From Paracoccaceae bacterium (lineage in GTDB: Bacteria; Pseudomonadota; Alphaproteobacteria; Rhodobacterales; Rhodobacteraceae), in contig JBNLCA010000251.1 in NCBI GenBank assembly GCA_050303575.1, positions 1 through 13,016 on the forward strand: a stretch of DNA of 13,016 bases, read 5' to 3'. The notes beneath the pieces were generated by a model, which saw nothing but the letters and a program-made list of their open reading frames with translations, was not told the origin of the DNA and did not search any database. Positions 8,668-13,016 of the stretch are shown here, one piece after another; position 1 is the first letter of the stretch; every line of letters begins with the position of its first letter. A program made the position numbers and the translations under genes.

Positions 8668-8740
8668 CATGATGTAGCTCATTGGGTAGAGCAACAGATC
8701 TGGGATCTGTGTGTAGCTGGTTCGACTCCAGCCATCACCG
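8668..8740 (+). tRNA. tRNA-like gene, Pro(UGG)-type anticodon arm; atypical (possible pseudo-tRNA)
   Basis: It has a D-arm GCTC-ATTGGGTA-GAGC, an anticodon arm ACAGA-TCTGGGA-TCTGT and a T-arm GCTGG-TTCGACT-CCAGC. Again position 33 is C. Acceptor pairs 1:72 and 2:71 are mismatched (CA vs CC). The 5' end overlaps the CCA of the previous tRNA-like gene. No CCA is encoded. Confidence 0.45.
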
Positions 8741-9092
8741 GTCGAAAGACCACCGGCCTATCACGCCGGTCCGCGAAAGCGGTCCAAAGACTAGGGTTTC
8801 CGGGGCCCGCCTGCGCCAGGCCGGCCCCCGCCCGATCCGCCCGAAAGGGGGGTGACGGCGGCCCGGCCCGACGCCCCGGCCCGTAGCCGGTCGGTGGGTG
8901 AAGGTGGACGGCCATCGGGCCGGGCAGGGGAGCCTTCGGGCGCCCCATGGCCCCGCCCGGCGGCCCGAACCCCTCTCCCCGCCGATCCGCAGCGGGACGG
9001 GCCCGGCAGGCCCCGGAAGCTTCGCATCCCCGCGCCACGGGAATGGTCCCAGGCGCCCCAAACCGGTCCGGACGGGCACCAACCTCAAGGAG

Positions 9093-9106
9093 ATCGCACG
9101 TGCGAT
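9093..9106. promoter_or_regulatory. Perfect 14-bp palindrome ATCGCACGTGCGAT upstream of the SPFH gene (candidate operator)
   Basis: It reads identically on both strands and is centred on CACGTG. It lies 28 nt upstream of ATG 9134, immediately before the GGAG SD at 9122-9125. Confidence 0.35.
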
Positions 9107-9133
9107 AGGACGAGACGAAACGGAGTGAATGAG

Positions 9134-10276
9134 ATGACGATGCTGAACATGATCGACCGCGTGCTGGGACGGACCCGCTTCACGGTCAACGAAAACAACC
9201 GCGCGCTGACGCTGCGCCACGGGACGTTCGAGGAGATCCTCGGTCCGGGCGAGCATGTCCGGAAGGCCAGGGGCCTTGTCGCCGTGATGTTCGATCTCAA
9301 CACGCCCCGTTTCGCGTCGACCTACGAACGGGCGCTCTTCTCCGAGCGTCCCGACCTCGTGGCCGCGCACCTGACCGAGATCCGGACCGGGGCGGACGAG
9401 GTCGCGCTGGTCTTCCGGGACGGGCTCTTCCACGAGCTTCTGAAGCCCGACGTGCGCGTCGTCCTGTGGACGGCGGCCGGCCCCTGGACGATCGAACGCG
9501 TGGCCCTGACGGCGCGGATGGCGGTCGAGCCCGAGCTGGGCAACCGGCTGGCGCGCTGGGGCATCGTGCAGATGATGACGGCCACCGAGGTGCCCGACGG
9601 GCATGTCGGCCTCGTCACCGTCGATGGCGCGAACGCCGAGGTTGTCGGGCCGGGGACGCACCGGTTCTGGAACGTCGGCCGCAAGGTCGCCGTGAAGGTG
9701 ATCGACATGCGCCGCCGGACGCACGACGTGACCGGGCAGGAGATCCTGACCCGCGACCGCGTGACGCTTCGGGTGAACCTTGCCGCGGACTTCCGCGTGA
9801 CCGATCCGGTCAAGGCGGCGACCACGGTGAAGGACTTCGAGGAGGCGCTGCACCGCGCACTGCAACTGGCGTTCCGCAAGACGCTGGGGGCGCTGACGCT
9901 CGACCAGCTTCTGGCCGACAAGGTCGCCGTCGACGAGAAGGCGGCCGAGGCGGTCCGGGCAGAGATGGCCGCGGTGGGGATCGAGGTCGGCGAGATCGCT
10001 CTGAAGGACGTGATCCTGCCGGGCGAGATGCGCGAGATCCTGAACCGCGTGGTCCAGGCGCAGAAGGAGGCCGAGGCCAACGTCATCCGCCGGCGCGAGG
10101 AGACGAACGCGACACGTTCGCTTCTGAACACCGCGAAGGTGATGGAGGAAAACCCGGTGATGCTGCGGCTGAAGGAGCTGGAAGCTCTCGAAGCCATCGC
10201 CGGAAAGGTCGAGCGGCTGACGGTCCACAACGGAACCGCGGGCCTGCTGACCGACCTGGTCAAGCTGCGCGACTGA
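9134..10276 (+). CDS. SPFH/band-7 (stomatin-prohibitin-flotillin-HflKC) domain protein with approx 135-aa N-terminal extension and no obvious TM helix
   Basis: The SPFH core is 'HVGLVTVDGANAEVVGPGTHRFWNVGRKVAVKVIDMRRRTHDVTGQEILTRDRVTLRVNLAADFRVTDP'. It is followed by a coiled-coil-like 'EMREILNRVVQAQKEAEANVIRRREETNATRSLLNTAK'. The frame is open back to 8852, but the upstream codons lack GC3 bias, so it is not coding there. Confidence 0.85.
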   Translation: MTMLNMIDRVLGRTRFTVNENNRALTLRHGTFEEILGPGEHVRKARGLVAVMFDLNTPRFASTYERALFSERPDLVAAHLTEIRTGADEVALVFRDGLFHELLKPDVRVVLWTAAGPWTIERVALTARMAVEPELGNRLARWGIVQMMTATEVPDGHVGLVTVDGANAEVVGPGTHRFWNVGRKVAVKVIDMRRRTHDVTGQEILTRDRVTLRVNLAADFRVTDPVKAATTVKDFEEALHRALQLAFRKTLGALTLDQLLADKVAVDEKAAEAVRAEMAAVGIEVGEIALKDVILPGEMREILNRVVQAQKEAEANVIRRREETNATRSLLNTAKVMEENPVMLRLKELEALEAIAGKVERLTVHNGTAGLLTDLVKLRD

Positions 10277-10280
10277 AATC

Positions 10281-10316
10281 GGGCCGTCCGGGAGACCGGG
10301 CGGCCCTTCGTTCAAA
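10281..10316 (+). terminator. Probable terminator hairpin after SPFH gene
   Basis: GGGCCGTCCGG-gaga-CCGGGCGGCCC is followed by TTCGTTCAAA. A second hairpin GGCAGC-N8-GCTGCC lies at 10320-10339. Confidence 0.4.
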
Positions 10317-10497
10317 CGGGGCAGCAAGAAGGGGCTGCCTGCCCGCTCGTGGCCGTCGGTCAGTACCCGGCAGCCCACACGGGCGGCCCTCATCCCCCGA
10401 GATCATTTGAGAACCGGAAGACGGTCAGGTCAGCCCGCTTCCTTGTGCCGGAAATACTCCGGGGGAGGCGCCGCAGGCGGCGGGGGCAGAGCCCCCT

Positions 10498-11916
10498 CTA
10501 CGGCCCGGCGCGCAGAACGGCGCCGGGGTTCATGATCCCGTGCGGATCGAGCGCCCGCTTGATCGCGCGCATGGCGGCGAGCTTCGCCGGATCGCCGTAG
10601 GTTTCGAGATCCTCGACCTTGAGCCGGCCGATGCCGTGCTCGGCGCTCATCGAGCCGCCGAACTCGTGGACGAGGTCGTGGACCGCGTGCTTGATCGCGG
10701 GCCGCGCCGCCTCGTGCTGCGCCCGGCCCTCGCCCTTCGGGGGAAAGACGTTCCAGTGCAGGTTGCCGTCGCCGACATGGCCGAAGCAGTTGATGCGGAA
10801 AGCGCCGATCTGCGCCAGCACCTCGGGCCCGCGCGCGATGAAATCGGGGATCGCCGAGAGCGGCACCGAGATGTCGTGCGAGGAGATGGCACCGATCTTG
10901 CGGTTCGCCTCGGGGATGGTCTCGCGCAGGCGCCAGAACTCCTGCCGCTGCGCCTCGGACGAGGCAAGGGTGCCGTCGGTCACGAGGCCCTCCGAAGCGG
11001 CCGCCTCGAAGAGCGTTTCGAGGAGGGTACCGGCACTCTGCCCGCGCGGCAGGCCGAGATCGATCAGCACCAGCCAGTCGGGCATCGGGTCGAGCGGCAT
11101 CCGCGTCTCGAGCCCGGTCTCGGCAAGGAAGTCGAACCCCTGCCGGTGCATCAGCTCGAACGCCGACACGCCCGGCCCGGCAAGGTCGAGCGCGAGTGCC
11201 AGGAGGCGCAGTGCGGCGGCGGGCGAGGTCACCGCAAGGAGCGCGGCGCCGGTCTCGGCCGGGCGCGGGAACAGGCGCAGCGTGGCGGCGGTGATGATGC
11301 CGAGCGTGCCCTCGGCGCCGACCAGCAGGTCCTTGAGGTCGTAACCGGTATTGTCCTTCCTCAGCCGCTTCAGTCCGTGCCAGACCGACCCGTCGGGCAG
11401 CACCGCCTCGAGCCCCAGGCAGAGGTCGCGGGCATTGCCATAGCGCAGGACGCCGGTGCCGCCCGCATTGGTCGATAGAAGTCCGCCGATCCGGGCCGAA
11501 CCTTCCGAGGCGAGGGAAAGCGGAAAGAGCCGGTCTGCCTCGGTCGCCGCGCGGTGGATGTCGGCAAGAACGGCGCCGGCCTCGGCGATCATCAGGTTCT
11601 CGCCCGGATAGGTGGCGCGGATGGCGCGCATCCGTTCGAGCGAGAGGAGAAGGGGCGGCGGGCCGTCCGTCATGACCTGCCCGCCGACGAGGCCGGTGCC
11701 GCCGCCATAGGGCAGGATGCCGACCCGCGCCTCCGCGCAGGTGCGGACGATGGTGGCGACCTCGTCGACATCGGCTGGCGTCGCAACGGCGCCGGCCTGG
11801 CCGCGGAAAAGGCCGCGTGGCTCCTCCAGATAGCGATCCTCGGGCGCCTTGAGCCTGCCCTCGGGCAGGTGCGCGGCGAGGCGTTCGCGGAAGGCGGCGT
11901 CGGCGGGATTGAGCAT
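10498..11916 (-). CDS. FAD-binding oxidoreductase (FAD-linked oxidase, GlcD / D-2-hydroxyacid dehydrogenase-like), 472 aa
   Basis: ATG at 11916 has GGAGGA 5 nt upstream. FAD-binding PCMH motifs are 'GGGTGLVGGQV', 'GTGVLRYGNARDLCLGLEAVLPDGSV' and 'DLLVGAEGTLGIITAATLRL'. The C-terminus is 'HVGDGNLHWNV...EHGIGRLK'. The track's longer 695-aa ORF is an upstream open-frame artefact. Confidence 0.85.
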   Translation of the reverse strand: MLNPADAAFRERLAAHLPEGRLKAPEDRYLEEPRGLFRGQAGAVATPADVDEVATIVRTCAEARVGILPYGGGTGLVGGQVMTDGPPPLLLSLERMRAIRATYPGENLMIAEAGAVLADIHRAATEADRLFPLSLASEGSARIGGLLSTNAGGTGVLRYGNARDLCLGLEAVLPDGSVWHGLKRLRKDNTGYDLKDLLVGAEGTLGIITAATLRLFPRPAETGAALLAVTSPAAALRLLALALDLAGPGVSAFELMHRQGFDFLAETGLETRMPLDPMPDWLVLIDLGLPRGQSAGTLLETLFEAAASEGLVTDGTLASSEAQRQEFWRLRETIPEANRKIGAISSHDISVPLSAIPDFIARGPEVLAQIGAFRINCFGHVGDGNLHWNVFPPKGEGRAQHEAARPAIKHAVHDLVHEFGGSMSAEHGIGRLKVEDLETYGDPAKLAAMRAIKRALDPHGIMNPGAVLRAGP

Positions 11917-11963
11917 CGGGGTCCTCCGACCCCGGTGAAGCACGGGCCGGGCTGGGCCGCAAG

Positions 11964-12500
11964 TCAGAGGGCGCGGGCGAGCTCGGCGATGGCGGCGGCC
12001 GAATTGGCGTTGCGGGCGGTCATCGGGACCTTCACCCGGCCGAGGCGCTGGGCGTAGTCCGAGCGACCCAGACCTTCCGGAGTGTGAAGGTAGAGAGTGC
12101 CGTCCACGACCCTGGCGCACTCGCCCCTGGTGGCATGGGGCGCGAGGGTCTCCAGCGTTCCCTCCGGCAGCGGACGGTCGAGAAAGAAGAGGTGGACATG
12201 CTTGCCCTCCTGCTCCGCTTCGGCTGCGAACGGATTCTTCGCGATCGCGGCGTCGAGCGCCTCGCGCGTCATCAGGAAGACATGCGGGCGGAAGCGGTGC
12301 GCCGCTTCGATGGCGTCGCCGATCCCGGAGGCGATCTTCGTCGCGCTGCCGGTCGCGCGGAAGACAGCATTGCCGGACTGGATGTAGGTGCGCGCGTCCT
12401 GAAGCCCCAGCCCGGCAAGGAGCTCGCGAAACGTGGCCATCGGCAGCTTGCCGGCACCGCCGACATTGACGCCGCGCAGGAGGCAGATCCAGACCTTCAC
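11964..12500 (-). CDS. DUF1697 domain protein (178 aa)
   Basis: GTG at 12500 overlaps the upstream stop (GTGA). 'MKVWICLLRGVNVGGAGKLPMATFRELL' matches the DUF1697 N-terminal signature (family recalled from memory). Confidence 0.7.
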   Translation of the reverse strand: MKVWICLLRGVNVGGAGKLPMATFRELLAGLGLQDARTYIQSGNAVFRATGSATKIASGIGDAIEAAHRFRPHVFLMTREALDAAIAKNPFAAEAEQEGKHVHLFFLDRPLPEGTLETLAPHATRGECARVVDGTLYLHTPEGLGRSDYAQRLGRVKVPMTARNANSAAAIAELARAL

Positions 12501-13016
12501 CTGAGCAGCTCGGGCTCCAGCACCACGACCGTCGGCCGGTCCGGCAGCGTTTCGGGCGAGACTTCCAGGAACGACACGCCGTCACGGCGGATGGCGAAAT
12601 CGTCCTCCATCCCGGCGATGAAGCGGTCCAGCGATCCGGGGCTCAGCCAGTGCATCGGGATCACGATCCGCGCCTTGAGGCGGTCCATCACCTTCAGCAT
12701 CGTCGGCAGATCGAGCGTGGTGCCGCCGTCGATCGCCGCCATCACGACATCGACCCGGCCAAGCATGGCGTACTGCGCGGGATCTGGCTCGTGGTGCAGG
12801 TGGCCCAGGTGGCCGATGCAGAGACCCGCCACCTCGAAGACGAAGATCGAGTTGCCGAACGGTTCGATCGTGCCGCCGAGCCGGCCGCGGATATCGGTCG
12901 GGACATTGCGGACCAGCATCTCTCCGAGGTCGAGATGATGGTCGGCCGGCCCGCCCTCGGGGTTCCAGCCCCGAAGGACATGGCTGATCGCCGGGTCGGG
13001 ATAGGCGGTGTAGTGT
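12497..13016 (-). CDS. Probable MBL-fold metal-dependent hydrolase, C-terminal part (5' end beyond window)
   Basis: The frame is open on the minus strand from 13016 to TGA at 12497-12499. My translation of 12920-13016 gives '...HYTAYPDPAISHVLRGWNPEGGPADHHLDLGE' upstream of the track's ATG. The protein ends '...RIVIPMHW', which resembles the Lactamase_B_3-type MBL fold. The family call is tentative. Confidence 0.5.
   Translation of the reverse strand, partial: HYTAYPDPAISHVLRGWNPEGGPADHHLDLGEMLVRNVPTDIRGRLGGTIEPFGNSIFVFEVAGLCIGHLGHLHHEPDPAQYAMLGRVDVVMAAIDGGTTLDLPTMLKVMDRLKARIVIPMHWLSPGSLDRFIAGMEDDFAIRRDGVSFLEVSPETLPDRPTVVVLEPELLR

Noticed and set aside
8456-8677. 73-aa plus ORF
   Set aside because: It overlaps the tRNA-like genes and the structured spacer. 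It has no RBS and no codon bias.
8595-8760. Possibility that the tRNA-like pair is a (two-piece) tmRNA
   Set aside because: Each unit has a full D-arm and anticodon arm, so these are tRNA cloverleafs and not a tmRNA TLD. No tag-peptide reading frame or resume-codon context is evident.
8852-9133. Upstream in-frame extension of the SPFH ORF giving a Pro/Arg-rich 94-aa N-terminus
   Set aside because: Third codon positions show no GC bias (many NNA/NNT codons). There is no SD. A good GGAG-ATG start exists at 9134.

Overview
This 13 kb window is high-GC (about 65-70% in genes) and looks like chromosomal DNA from an alphaproteobacterium. That placement rests on gene content and codon style (Rhodobacterales-like) and was not verified. 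I support 15 protein-coding genes.

Plus strand, in order:
- 3' part of threonine synthase (thrC), truncated at the window start
- M16 zinc peptidase
- RimJ/RimL-like GNAT acetyltransferase, translationally coupled to the M16 gene (TGATG overlap)
- flavin reductase family protein
- S-methyl-5'-thioadenosine phosphorylase (mtnP)
- two signal-peptide proteins of unknown function
- adenine phosphoribosyltransferase (apt)
- SPFH/band-7 protein

Minus strand:
- small lipoprotein
- EcsC-family protein
- second GNAT acetyltransferase
- FAD-linked oxidase
- DUF1697 protein
- 3' part of a probable MBL-fold hydrolase that runs off the window end

Two tandem tRNA-like genes lie after apt, with Arg-ACG-like and Pro-UGG-like anticodon loops. 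Both have odd features: C at position 33 and mismatches at the acceptor-stem termini.

No CRISPR array, IS element, integrase or rRNA is visible.

Regions most worth a second look:
1. A roughly 360-nt palindrome-dense island of about 50% GC upstream of mtnP.
2. The compact mtnP - exported protein - exported protein - apt cluster.
3. The aberrant tRNA pair followed by a roughly 390-nt very GC-rich non-coding stretch with tetraloop hairpins.
4. A perfect 14-bp palindrome upstream of the SPFH gene.

All calls come from reading the ORF translations and sequence by eye. No database searches were run.
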